This document shows, piece by piece, positions 1 through 9,479 of a DNA stretch of 64,000 nucleotides. The position numbers were made by a program, and so were the translations under genes. Numbering within the stretch: the stretch's first letter is position 1; each line of letters starts with the position of its first letter. This stretch comes from Geopsychrobacteraceae bacterium (GTDB taxonomy: Bacteria > Desulfobacterota > Desulfuromonadia > Desulfuromonadales > Geopsychrobacteraceae): positions 448,001 to 512,000 of the forward strand of contig CAXXTB010000001.1 in assembly GCA_963676795.2 (NCBI GenBank), written 5' to 3'. The notes beneath the pieces are model-generated. The model saw nothing but the letters and a program-made list of their open reading frames with translations, was not told where the DNA came from and made no database searches.

Positions 1-1165
1 GCCGCTGCTGAACCTCAGCTACAACAAAATAGCCCCGCCCCTCGGGATCATCTTCATGTCGCTGTTCATAATCAGCTTCTTCGAGCTGAAAAAGAGATGT
101 TTCTGGTTGTACCGTATGAACCTGGCTAACGCCGTAATTATTGCGATCCTGCTGATTTCCCTGCCGCTGTTTCATTTCAGTGAGAAGCTGCTGGTTTATA
201 ACTGGATCTCCTCGTTGTTGTTGCCACTGTCGCTGCTGGTTATGCTTGTTTCCGCACTGGTCATAGCCTGGAAAAAGCTGTTCGGCGGGGTTTATTTCCT
301 GCTCGGAGCCGGGCTCTTTTTTGTCGCGACACTCTGCTATATTCTTTACTTCGTCGGTCTGACCGATTTTCCCAGCTCGATTATCTACGCCCTGCCGCTG
401 AGCCGGGCCGCTGAAGCGATCTTCTTTTCCATGGCTCTCGGCAAAAAGATTAAAATGATCGAGGCCGAACGGCTGGAGAATGCCCTGCTGGTGGAGGAGA
501 GCAACAAGTTCAATTCGACCAGTTCGCTGTTGGCGGGGATCCTCCATCAGTTCAAGCAGCCGCTGATCTACCTGGGCTCAGAACTGCTGAACCTGCGGGC
601 CGCCAGATTCAAAGCGGGGCTTGGGGATCATCAAACCGAGCGCAGTCTCGAGCAGATGGAAGCCCAGGTTACGGCGATGAATACGTTGGTCGGGAATTTC
701 TACAGCTTCTACGCGCAGCAGACCAGGGTCGAGAAGTTTGCCCTCAGAAGCGCTATCGACAAGGTGACCGGACTGCTCGATTCTTCGTTGCGCGCCTGGC
801 ATATCGAGCTGAGGGTCAACTGTGACGCCGACACTATCCGCAGCGACGAAAAGGCCCTGACCCAGATTCTGCTGATTCTCCTGGAGAACGCCATCGCTGT
901 GCTCCAGGAACGCCAGGTGGAGCATCCTCAGATCAGGATCGACTGTCGCAGCGGGGCACAAGTGGAGATTCTGGTCAGTGACAACGGCGGCGGCATAGTG
1001 CCCGGCGATATCGACAAGATCTTCAACCTGCACTACAGCAAAAAACAGGCACGGGGACTCGGCATCGGACTGTCACTGGCCAGAAAACTGGTCGAGGACA
1101 AGCTCGACGGGCGGCTGAGTGTCAAAAACCATCCCGAAGGAGCTTGTTTTTTTCTGACCTTTTAG
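1..1165 (+). CDS. Membrane sensor histidine kinase (7TM-DISM-like), 5' partial
   Basis: Frame is open from the window start; several TM helices, H-box LHQFKQPL, N-box ILLENA, DNGGGI, GLGIGL. Confidence 0.85.
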   Translation, partial: PLLNLSYNKIAPPLGIIFMSLFIISFFELKKRCFWLYRMNLANAVIIAILLISLPLFHFSEKLLVYNWISSLLLPLSLLVMLVSALVIAWKKLFGGVYFLLGAGLFFVATLCYILYFVGLTDFPSSIIYALPLSRAAEAIFFSMALGKKIKMIEAERLENALLVEESNKFNSTSSLLAGILHQFKQPLIYLGSELLNLRAARFKAGLGDHQTERSLEQMEAQVTAMNTLVGNFYSFYAQQTRVEKFALRSAIDKVTGLLDSSLRAWHIELRVNCDADTIRSDEKALTQILLILLENAIAVLQERQVEHPQIRIDCRSGAQVEILVSDNGGGIVPGDIDKIFNLHYSKKQARGLGIGLSLARKLVEDKLDGRLSVKNHPEGACFFLTF

Positions 1166-1178
1166 AGCCTTTCGCGCT

Positions 1179-2303
1179 TCAGGGCTCGGGTCCAATCTCA
1201 AACAGGGTAATCTCCGGCGGAGCCATGATTCGCATCGGCGGCCCCCAGGTGCCGGTACCGCGGCTGGTGTAGAGATAGCGGCCATTATCCAGCAGGTAGA
1301 GGCCGGCCTGACGGGGGTGAACCAGCCCGGTGACCAGGGTGAAGGGGAACAGCTGTCCCTTGTGGGTATGACCGGAGAGCTGCAGGTCGAAGAGCGGCAG
1401 TGAGCTGCTCTGAACAGCGGGGCGATGCTTGAGCAGCAGGGTGAAGCGCTCCGATGCAGCACCCAGGGCGGCCTGTTCATCACTGCTGTTACCCCGTCCG
1501 GGATCATCCACCCCGGCCAGCTTCAGGTAGAGGCCGATCTCAACCGATTCATTGCGCAGCACCCGGAAACCGCTCTGTTTGAGGTAGTCGAGAGCCTGAT
1601 CCAACCCTGCGTAGAATTCATGATTGCCGGTGATTGCATATTTTCCCTGTGGCGGGTCGAGTTGATGCCAGAGGGAGGAGAGCCCTTCGAGGTGGTTGAT
1701 CTGGGCATCGACGATGTCTCCGGTGGCGACCACCAGGTCCGGATTGAGGACCTGCAGCCTGGTGATGATAGGCGCAAGAGCTTCATCGCGGTGGATCAGG
1801 CCAAGATGCAGATCTGAGATCTGGGCAATGCGGATCGGCGGCGTTCCGGCGGGAAGTTTGGCGGTTTTGACCCGTACCGTTTCGACACGCAGGTCGTTGG
1901 CTTCATAGAGACCGTAGAAGCTGGCCGCGATGGAAATCAGCAGAATGAGGATGGCGCTGATCGCGCCATGGGCGGTCAGGCGCAATAAGGCTGGTGCGGC
2001 CAGGGCCAGCAGTCTGATCAGGCCGTCCCAGACGCCGAGCAGCAGGCAGAGGCTGAAGGCGATAAAGATAAAGCCCATCCAGCTGTAGCCGATCCAGGCC
2101 AACGCTCTGGCCAGGGTTTCCAGCTCCTGACGTTCGGCAACCCTGACCAGGACCGGTGAGACGATCATCACTATCATCCAGATGACCACCAGGGTCGGCA
2201 GGGCTGGATGGCCTTTGAGCAACGGCCTTAAGCCCCAGTAAACCAGGCCGTGGATAGCGCTGTAAACGATCAGAAAAATCAGCAGAAAAAGACTCATCTT
2301 CAC
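1179..2303 (-). CDS. Membrane-anchored metallophosphoesterase (YkuE/YaeI-like)
   Basis: N-terminal TM helices; DLHLG, TGDIVD, GNHE, GHTH calcineurin-like motifs. Confidence 0.9.
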   Translation of the reverse strand: MKMSLFLLIFLIVYSAIHGLVYWGLRPLLKGHPALPTLVVIWMIVMIVSPVLVRVAERQELETLARALAWIGYSWMGFIFIAFSLCLLLGVWDGLIRLLALAAPALLRLTAHGAISAILILLISIAASFYGLYEANDLRVETVRVKTAKLPAGTPPIRIAQISDLHLGLIHRDEALAPIITRLQVLNPDLVVATGDIVDAQINHLEGLSSLWHQLDPPQGKYAITGNHEFYAGLDQALDYLKQSGFRVLRNESVEIGLYLKLAGVDDPGRGNSSDEQAALGAASERFTLLLKHRPAVQSSSLPLFDLQLSGHTHKGQLFPFTLVTGLVHPRQAGLYLLDNGRYLYTSRGTGTWGPPMRIMAPPEITLFEIGPEP

Positions 2304-2358
2304 CTCGTAGATTCCTCAATTCTAACCGATCTGCCAACAGATGTGCAGGGGGGGGGAA

Positions 2359-2766
2359 TTACTCCTGTCCGGCCCGCTCCCGTGCCTCGCGGGAGCCCTC
2401 ATCGTCACCGTTCAAAGATCGGGCTCTGGCGATCAGCAGCCAGTTTTCCCGGCGCAGATTGTGATCCCCCTGGGCCAGGGCATTCGATTTCTTGGCCAGG
2501 TTTTCCGCCTGCAGGTACTGCTGTTGATCGATGCGGACCGCCGCCAGGCGTTGCCAGAGCAGCGGGTTGCGTGGTTCGATGCGCAAGGCGCGCTCCAGGG
2601 ATGCGCCGGCCTGGTCAAGCTGCCCTGCAGCACTCAGGCTTTGAGCCTGCTCGAGCAGGCTGACAACCGCTGAATTCTGCGAGGGGGGGGGCGGGAAACT
2701 GGTCGTACAGCCGGCCAGAATCAGGGTGACAGAGAGGATCATTCCCAGGTCTTTCAGCAGTCTCAT
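2359..2766 (-). CDS. TPR lipoprotein, probable PBP1B activator (LpoP-like)
   Basis: Lipobox LAGC, Pro-rich linker, TPR (LERALRIEPRNPLLW); start overlaps the mrcB stop (ATGA). Confidence 0.75.
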   Translation of the reverse strand: MRLLKDLGMILSVTLILAGCTTSFPPPPSQNSAVVSLLEQAQSLSAAGQLDQAGASLERALRIEPRNPLLWQRLAAVRIDQQQYLQAENLAKKSNALAQGDHNLRRENWLLIARARSLNGDDEGSREARERAGQE

Positions 2767-5081
2767 TGAAAAATCCTTTCGAACCAGTTTTTGTTCCCGG
2801 TTTCTTTACCGGCCCGGCAGGGGACGCTCTCCCTGGGGGCTGAACCGCTGATGAAGGGGAGCAGGACAGCGTCCTTGCAGCCTCTGGAGCTGAGCAGCCC
2901 GGTCGGCCGGTCGATCCAGTGTGCTTCGATGCGGTCCGGTTCCGGCAGAATCAGCGGCTGCGGGTCGAGCCTGGCCAGCATGCTGCCCCAGACCGTCATC
3001 GCGCCGCTCGAGCCGGTCAGGCCGGTCGACTGGTTGTCATCACGGCCGACCCAGACCACCGCCAAGCGGTCGCCGCTGAACCCGGCGAACCAGCTGTCGC
3101 GAAAGTCATCGGTCGTCCCGGTTTTGCCGGCGATGCCAAGCTCTTGCGGAAGATAGTTCTCCAACCCTTTAGCCGTTCCCTGAGTGACCACATTCTGCAT
3201 GGCGACAGTCAGCAGATAGGTCGCTTCACTGGAGGCGACCTGTTCGACATCGAGAGGGTAGTGCTGTAACTGAACCCCGTCGCTGGTCAGCACTTCGCGG
3301 ATCGCCTTGAGCGGGGTTTTGAAGCCGCCACTGGCGATGCTTTGGTAAACCTGGCTGACCTCGAGCGGCGTCAGGGCGTTGGCTCCGAGCAGGCTGGATG
3401 GATACGCCGGCAAGCTCCGCTCGACACCGAGGCGCTGCAGGGTTTTCATCACTGTATCCGGACCAAGTTCGAGGCCGAGACGGGCTGTGGAGACGTTGTA
3501 GGAATGAACCAGGGCGTCGTGAAGCAGCACCTGACCATGGAATTTTTTGTCGAAGTTTTGCGGCTCCCAGTCGGTACTGCCGTTCTGCTCAACGACCAGC
3601 GGGCTGTCATCGAGTTGGGTCGCCAGGTTGTAGCTGTCGGGCTGTTCGAGCGCGGTCAGAAAGACAACCGGTTTGATCAGCGAACCGATCGGGCGCCTGG
3701 CGTCGAGGGCCCGATCGAACCCTTCAAAGCGCGGATCACGCCCCCCGACAAGCGCCTGGATCTCGGCGTTCTGGCTGCTGGTGACCAGGATCGCCCCCTG
3801 CAGGCTGTCCTGATTCAGGCGACGGGAGCCTTCCAATTCGCTCAACCGTTGCTGCAGTGCCGCTTCCGCCGCGCGCTGGACCCGCGGATCGAGGGTGGTG
3901 AGGATCTTAAGCCCCTGTGAGCGCAGATCTTCGTCACGGTAATTCTGGCGCAGCTGGCGCTGAACCAGATCCATAAAGGCAGGGAAGGGGGAGGTGCCTC
4001 GGATTGGTCTTTCGACAGCCCCCAGCGGTTGATTCCTGGCGCTGCTCGCTTCCGTCCAGCTGACAGTGCCATGCTCTTCCATCAGTTGCAGGACCAGGTT
4101 GCGCCGTTGCCGGGCACGCTGCGGCTGGGTGCGTGGATTGTAGTGGGAGGGACCTTTGAGCATGCCGACCAGCAGCGCGGCATCCTGCAGTTCCAGCTGG
4201 CTGACCGGTTTGTCGAAGAAGAAGTGACTGGCCAGGCCAAAACCGTGGATCGCCCGGTTGCCATCCTGCCCCAGGTAGACCTCGTTGAGGTAGGTTTCGA
4301 GGATCTCCTCTTTGCTGTAATGGACCTCGAGCAGCAGGGCCATGACCATTTCGACCAGCTTGCGCTGAATGGTCCGTTCCGAGCTCAGGTAGAAATTTTT
4401 GACCAGCTGCTGGGTGATGGTGCTGCCCCCCTGAATCTGACCGCCTTTGGCCATCGCAACGAGCGCCCGGGTGATCCCTTTGAGGTCGACACCGTGGTGG
4501 CTGTAGAAACGCCGGTCTTCGACAGCGATCAGCGCATTGATAACCGTCTGCGGAACCTGGTCGAGCTTGACCAGCACCCGGTCCTCGTTCTGTTCCGGAT
4601 AGATGCCGCCGATCAGCGGCGGGTCGAGACGGATTAGTTGAATCTTCTCGTTGCTGGCGGCGTTGGTGATTCTCTGCAGATGACCGTTAGAGAAGCTCAG
4701 GCGCAGGTCAGCCCCTGGCTGAAAACCCTCAGCAAAGGTAAAATCGCGGGTGATCAGCTCCAGGACCCGGTCGTGCCACAGGTAGCTCCCCGGTTTTTGC
4801 GGATGAGGGGTCTGGTGGTAGCCGAGCAGATTCAGTTCATCATTGATCTCGCGCGGAGACAGCTGCAGGCCGGGATAGAGTTCCAGCGGTCGGGCATAGA
4901 CCTGGGCGGGGAGCTTCCAGCGTTTGCCTTCGAAACGTTCGCGGACCGTGACATCGAGGTAGACGACGGCGAAGATCAGAATGAGAATCAGCAGCAGAAC
5001 CGCCCGGAAGATCAGTCTGGTCAGCAGCGGTTTTTTGCTTTTACTCTGTTTCTTTCTGGGTTTGGACTTTGCTTTTTTCAT
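2763..5081 (-). CDS. mrcB: Penicillin-binding protein 1B
   Basis: Basic N-terminus, TM, UB2H-like region (ARPLELYPG), transglycosylase EDRRF and GGSTITQQLVKN, transpeptidase SLIK, SYN, KTG. Confidence 0.92.
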   Translation of the reverse strand: MKKAKSKPRKKQSKSKKPLLTRLIFRAVLLLILILIFAVVYLDVTVRERFEGKRWKLPAQVYARPLELYPGLQLSPREINDELNLLGYHQTPHPQKPGSYLWHDRVLELITRDFTFAEGFQPGADLRLSFSNGHLQRITNAASNEKIQLIRLDPPLIGGIYPEQNEDRVLVKLDQVPQTVINALIAVEDRRFYSHHGVDLKGITRALVAMAKGGQIQGGSTITQQLVKNFYLSSERTIQRKLVEMVMALLLEVHYSKEEILETYLNEVYLGQDGNRAIHGFGLASHFFFDKPVSQLELQDAALLVGMLKGPSHYNPRTQPQRARQRRNLVLQLMEEHGTVSWTEASSARNQPLGAVERPIRGTSPFPAFMDLVQRQLRQNYRDEDLRSQGLKILTTLDPRVQRAAEAALQQRLSELEGSRRLNQDSLQGAILVTSSQNAEIQALVGGRDPRFEGFDRALDARRPIGSLIKPVVFLTALEQPDSYNLATQLDDSPLVVEQNGSTDWEPQNFDKKFHGQVLLHDALVHSYNVSTARLGLELGPDTVMKTLQRLGVERSLPAYPSSLLGANALTPLEVSQVYQSIASGGFKTPLKAIREVLTSDGVQLQHYPLDVEQVASSEATYLLTVAMQNVVTQGTAKGLENYLPQELGIAGKTGTTDDFRDSWFAGFSGDRLAVVWVGRDDNQSTGLTGSSGAMTVWGSMLARLDPQPLILPEPDRIEAHWIDRPTGLLSSRGCKDAVLLPFISGSAPRESVPCRAGKETGNKNWFERIFQ

Positions 5082-5191
5082 AGCTACGACGCTTATCATC
5101 AGGTCGGTAAGAGACTACCAGTGCTGAAGTATAGGACCCTTGAGAAAACGGTGCAAGGTCAATGCGGTATTGGCAGGGAAGCAGGGAAATG

Positions 5192-5224
5192 CCAAGGGCT
5201 CTGCCGGAACGGCAGAGCCCTTGG
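5192..5224 (-). terminator. Hairpin downstream of the FKBP gene, probable terminator
   Basis: ccaagggctctgcc-ggaac-ggcagagcccttgg, perfect stem just after the stop; weak T-run. Confidence 0.55.
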
Positions 5225-5231
5225 GTCATAA

Positions 5232-5714
5232 TCAGCCGATCGACAGCAGTTCGATTTCGTAGGTGATGTCTTCACCGGCCAGTGGATGGTTGGAATCCAT
5301 GGTGACCTTTTCGTCATCGACCTCGACGATGGTGACGAAATAGATCTCTTCGTCCTCGCCTTCGACCTCCAGCTCCAGGCCGACTTCGGGAACGATATCA
5401 TCCGGCAGTTCCGAACGATCGACGCTGAAGACATTTTCGTGATTGTATTCGCCGAACGCGTCATCAGCCGGAATGACGATGGTCTTCTTCTCGCCGGCGC
5501 TCATGCCGATCACCGCATCTTCAACCGGACCGAACAGTTCGCCTTCTCCTATGACCAGCTCAACCGGGCCGTGGCTGTGGCCGCCGCAGCAATCGTCATC
5601 GTTGCAGCCGTCATGCTCCGGATCGGGATAGGTGCTGTCGATAATGGTGCCATCGTCGAGCTTGCCGACGAAGTGGATTGTGACTTTATCTGATTCTTTT
5701 GCCTGAGACATCAT
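5232..5714 (-). CDS. FKBP-type peptidyl-prolyl isomerase (SlyD/FkpB family)
   Basis: VTIHFVGKLDDGTIIDST, IPADDAFG, DSNHPLAG; carries an internal Cys/His/Asp insertion. Confidence 0.9.
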   Translation of the reverse strand: MMSQAKESDKVTIHFVGKLDDGTIIDSTYPDPEHDGCNDDDCCGGHSHGPVELVIGEGELFGPVEDAVIGMSAGEKKTIVIPADDAFGEYNHENVFSVDRSELPDDIVPEVGLELEVEGEDEEIYFVTIVEVDDEKVTMDSNHPLAGEDITYEIELLSIG

Positions 5715-5885
5715 TGATCCTTTCACTAAGGGGTAATATCCGCGGTTGTATCACAGCAATACAGGTGAAGGATATAGCAGATGCCTGTCAGGAGTGGGTT
5801 AACTTTTTGTCTGGAAACCTATCGCGCCTGAAGGGTGAACTTGTTGCAGGGTGCGCTGCCCGCGTACCCTGCAGGTCAGGACACG

Positions 5886-6869
5886 TCAAGCTATGGAGGT
5901 TTCCGTTTGTTTGTAGCCGAACACCCGATCGGTCAGCTTGACATACCAGGCCGCTGATTGCACCTGGATGACGTAAGCGATGGCGATAACCAGGGCGGCA
6001 TCGGAACCGGCCGGGCCGAAGGCGTTAATCGAAACCGCCAGGGCGATCGACAGGTTGCGCATGACGGTGCCGTAGACCAGGGCGATGGCATCGCCGCGCG
6101 GCAGCAGGGCGCGACCCACAGCCGTACTGAGGATGTAGTTGAACAGGTAGAGCAGCACCAGCGGCACGATGATGCGGATCAACTGCTCGGGATGAGCGGC
6201 AATCGCCGGGGCCTTGAGAGCCATGGCGATGAAGACGATCCCCAGCACACCGATGGTCGAAAAGCCGGGAAAACGCGGTGCAACATGTTCCTTGAAAGTT
6301 TTTTCACCGTAGCGTTTGATCATGAAACGCTGGGTCAGGAAACCAACGACCATCGGCAAAAAGACGATCAGAATGATCTGGCTGAAAACCTTGGCCAGGC
6401 TGACTTCAACCGTTGCTCCCATCAGCCCCTGAACATAAAAGGGGGTGGCCAGCGAGCCGAGGATCAGGCCGATGACGGTCATTTTGACCGCAGCGGCCAG
6501 GTTGCCACCGGCGAAACCGGTCCAGGAGATGGTCATGCCGCTGGTCGGAACCAGCGACGCGAGCAGCAGCCCCAGGGCCATGTAGGGGGAATCGGGAAAG
6601 AACAGCTTGCCGGCTCCGAAGGCGACAAAGGGAATGATGGCAAAATTGATGATCTGGGTATAAGCTTGCGCCTTGCCATCGCCCCCTTCCAGCACCTGTT
6701 TGATCTTGAGGGTCACCATCATCGGGTAAACCATCAGAAAGGTAAAAGGAAGGATCAGTTTCTTGAGAAATGCAGCTTCGACAAAAATGCCAAAGACGAA
6801 CCCGGCGATCAGCATCACCGGGATAGCAATAATCAGATTCTTGTTAATCTTGCCAAGCAGTGTCCACAT
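5886..6869 (-). CDS. Acr3/bile acid:sodium symporter family transporter
   Basis: About 10 TM; MVYPMM, INFAIIPF, RNLSIALA motifs. Confidence 0.8.
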   Translation of the reverse strand: MWTLLGKINKNLIIAIPVMLIAGFVFGIFVEAAFLKKLILPFTFLMVYPMMVTLKIKQVLEGGDGKAQAYTQIINFAIIPFVAFGAGKLFFPDSPYMALGLLLASLVPTSGMTISWTGFAGGNLAAAVKMTVIGLILGSLATPFYVQGLMGATVEVSLAKVFSQIILIVFLPMVVGFLTQRFMIKRYGEKTFKEHVAPRFPGFSTIGVLGIVFIAMALKAPAIAAHPEQLIRIIVPLVLLYLFNYILSTAVGRALLPRGDAIALVYGTVMRNLSIALAVSINAFGPAGSDAALVIAIAYVIQVQSAAWYVKLTDRVFGYKQTETSIA

Positions 6870-6872
6870 TGC

Positions 6873-7298
6873 CTAACAGGCCTCCGCAAGTGTTTCGCTC
6901 ATCGCTTCTTCGATGATATCGATAATATCGGTAAAGGTTCCGCTGAGTGATTTCGGAAATTCCGCATCGTCGATCAGCCTGGCGACCGATTCCTCGCTGT
7001 AATAGAGGAAACGGATCTGGGTCATGCCGCCTTCGCTGAAAGCCATGATGAATTTCGGAATCAGGACGATCCGTTCCGGGTTCTTGAACAGGCTCTTCGA
7101 CGCTTTTTCCGGTTTGCACAATTGTATCATGTGCATGTCAAATGTCTCCGGGGTGTCGATGCCGTGATTGGTGAAGATGACTGCCATGTCCATTTTGTCG
7201 CCGTTATTGATCTTGAAACCACGGCGGCCTGCCGCAGTGTTGATATCGTTGACGAACTGGGTAAGGGGTTTGCTGGTCTGGTTTGTGTAGATCTTCAT
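6873..7298 (-). CDS. DUF302-like protein
   Basis: 141 aa with IQLCKPEKA...P pattern typical of DUF302; RBS aggagg; 3 nt from the transporter gene. Confidence 0.65.
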   Translation of the reverse strand: MKIYTNQTSKPLTQFVNDINTAAGRRGFKINNGDKMDMAVIFTNHGIDTPETFDMHMIQLCKPEKASKSLFKNPERIVLIPKFIMAFSEGGMTQIRFLYYSEESVARLIDDAEFPKSLSGTFTDIIDIIEEAMSETLAEAC

Positions 7299-7320
7299 GA
7301 TTAAATAAAGCCTCCTGAGA

Positions 7321-7340
7321 TAATGTGTAAATGCACATTA
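7321..7340. promoter_or_regulatory. Palindromic operator upstream of the DUF302-transporter operon
   Basis: TAATGTG-N6-CACATTA just upstream of the RBS. Confidence 0.55.
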
Positions 7341-7640
7341 CCTTAAGGAGAATTCAAAAATCAATATGTTTGAATGTTTTTTTTATGGACGGAGTGCCTG
7401 GAGGCCTAGCCTGCTGTCTTACTCTCAGATATGAGAGTTGGTGGATGTTGCCAAGCTGTTGAACTGTAGATAAAGGCAGAAATCAATGTGCATACCACGG
7501 TATTTATGACCGTTTATGTCGGTTTAGTTGAAATATGGCGGGAGTTTCAGATATTATTGCCTGATCCTAAGCTGTGAGTCAGAAACGCATAACAGGGCGT
7601 TCATTGCTATGACACATGAGAAAGTAAAAGGAGATCGATC

Positions 7641-8228
7641 ATGCCTCCAGTGAATGAAACCATCCGCAAGCAGGTCAGACCGACTGACAAATATATTGAA
7701 CACAATATGGAACCGAAACCGGTTGCCTTCAGCAGCATTACCGTTGTCCAGCAGATGATGGACAACGATGCCAATATCGCCGGCAATGTCCACGGTGGCA
7801 CCATCATGAAGCTGGTCGACAACACTGCCTGTATGGTCGGTATGCGCCATACCGGCGGTAATGCTGTTACCGCTTCCTTGGATCGCCTTGACTTTCACTC
7901 CCCGGTCTATGTCGGTGATATCCTGCGCATTAAGGCCAGTGTCAACTATGTCGGTACCTCCTCGATGGAGATCGGTGCCCGGGTCGAGGCTGAGGATGTT
8001 CTGACCGGAGAGGTCCGCCATACCGCTTCGGCTTACCTGACCTTTGTTGCGCTTGATCCTGATCATAAACCGCGCAAGATTCCGGCTCTGCTCTGTGAGA
8101 CCGAACTGGAAAAAGAGCGTTACGAAGCAGCCCTGGAGCGCAAGAAGAAGCGGGCAGCGGATGTCAAGGCGGCCCGCGAGCGGGAAGTTGAACGCCAGAA
8201 GGAGCGGGGCTACTGTCTGCTGGGATAG
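7641..8228 (+). CDS. Acyl-CoA thioesterase (YciA-like hotdog fold)
   Basis: DANIAGNVHGG, VTASLD, VGTSSMEIG, AYLTFVALD. Confidence 0.92.
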   Translation: MPPVNETIRKQVRPTDKYIEHNMEPKPVAFSSITVVQQMMDNDANIAGNVHGGTIMKLVDNTACMVGMRHTGGNAVTASLDRLDFHSPVYVGDILRIKASVNYVGTSSMEIGARVEAEDVLTGEVRHTASAYLTFVALDPDHKPRKIPALLCETELEKERYEAALERKKKRAADVKAAREREVERQKERGYCLLG

Positions 8229-8248
8229 TACTCATCTCAATGATATTC

Positions 8249-8281
8249 AACAGCCGCAATCGCTAAAGCGTTGCGGCTGTT
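8249..8281 (+). terminator. Intrinsic terminator
   Basis: aacagccgcaa...ttgcggctgtt followed by T-rich sequence. Confidence 0.7.
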
Positions 8282-8301
8282 CTTGTCTGTATCAACCTAT
8301 T

Positions 8302-8744
8302 GAAACACCAAGGGTGTTTCTTCGGGTCTGCCCGTTGATGAGCTTGCTCATCTTGGGGCGTGAGTAAATTTGCTGGTGTGTTGCAACGGAGAAACGCAGG
8401 AACACTGCCGACAATATTAACTGCCTTTTTCTGCATACTCTTTTGTGGCAAGACAAAAGAGTATGGCGGCGTTCGGGGCCGCGACCCCGAGGTTTTGCTC
8501 TTGATCTGTGTTGATTTTGAAAAGTGAAACCGGCGGGTCCCGGCCCGCCAGCCGGGTTCATTTTCTTTGTTGCGACAAAGAAAACGCAACCAAAAGAAAA
8601 CGCTTGAAAAACACTGACGAAAATTTTTATTTTGCGTTTCGTAGCATTTGGGCTGCTATTCTCTACTCGCTCAGACAAGCCGCTATGCGTCTTGAATTCG
8701 CGCAACCGCAAAGCCGGTTCCCGGCTTGGATTCATGAAACAAGC
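8302..8744 (+). repeat. Structured intergenic repeat, copy A
   Basis: Collinear with 9480-9932; shares core ggcggcgttcggggccgcgaccccgaggttt with the other copies. Confidence 0.9.
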
Positions 8745-8862
8745 CCTGGTGCTCCGTCCTGTTGACCGATAAAAAAGTGATGAAAAAAACAGCAGACTTC
8801 CGCAGTTCCTTTGTGTACTATGCGGCCTCTTTGTTGCTCTGCGTATCTGCCAAGGAAGTCAG

Positions 8863-9465
8863 ATGTCTATACTTTATATCCTTGATCTGGTCGGGACTTT
8901 CGCCTTTGCTGTCAGCGGTGCACTGGCTGGTGTCTACAAGAAGATGGATCTTTACGGAGTCATTGTTCTCGGGCTGGTGACCGCCGTTGGTGGCGGGACA
9001 CTACGTGATACCCTGATCGGTCGGACCCCGCCATTTATTTTCAGCGATTATAATTACCTGCTCCTGGCCGTTATCGCTTCACTGCTGGTCTTTCATTTTC
9101 ATCGCTTGGTGGAGCGCAATCAGCGCTTGCTGCTGTTTATGGATGCGCTGGGCTTAGGTACCTTTACTGTAATTGGCGCCTCGGTGGCTCTGGAGGCGCA
9201 GATCGGTTACCCGGGGGCGGTTCTGATGGGGATTATGACGGCGACGGCCGGTGGCATGGTCCGTGATCTGCTGCGCCGGGAGATTCCCCTGGTTCTTACC
9301 CGCGAGATCTACGCCTCAGCCTGTCTTGCCGGCGGGATTTTTTTCTGTCTCTTCGATATGGCGGGGATGCCTAGAGGGGTGAATCTGTTGGTTGCCGGAG
9401 GGGTGGTTTTTCTGATCCGCTACTGTGCCATCAGCTGGGGGTGGCGCTTGCCGCGTGCCTGCTGA
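8863..9465 (+). CDS. TRIC/UPF0126 (YadS-like) membrane protein
   Basis: GTFAFAVSGA, TAVGGGTLRD, TATAGGMVRD, REIYA. Confidence 0.9.
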   Translation: MSILYILDLVGTFAFAVSGALAGVYKKMDLYGVIVLGLVTAVGGGTLRDTLIGRTPPFIFSDYNYLLLAVIASLLVFHFHRLVERNQRLLLFMDALGLGTFTVIGASVALEAQIGYPGAVLMGIMTATAGGMVRDLLRREIPLVLTREIYASACLAGGIFFCLFDMAGMPRGVNLLVAGGVVFLIRYCAISWGWRLPRAC

Positions 9466-9479
9466 GTTAAAAAAATATC

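Noticed and set aside
5958..6950. Long antisense ORFs (also 14970-15941, 19797-20816, 45072-46232, 54838-56088, 60657-61748)
   Set aside because: Shadows of well-supported genes on the opposite strand, expected at this GC content
8263..8765. ORFs over the repeats (also 9490-9810, 9744-10049, 56049-56412)
   Set aside because: Reading frames are not conserved between repeat copies while hairpins are; no transposase motifs
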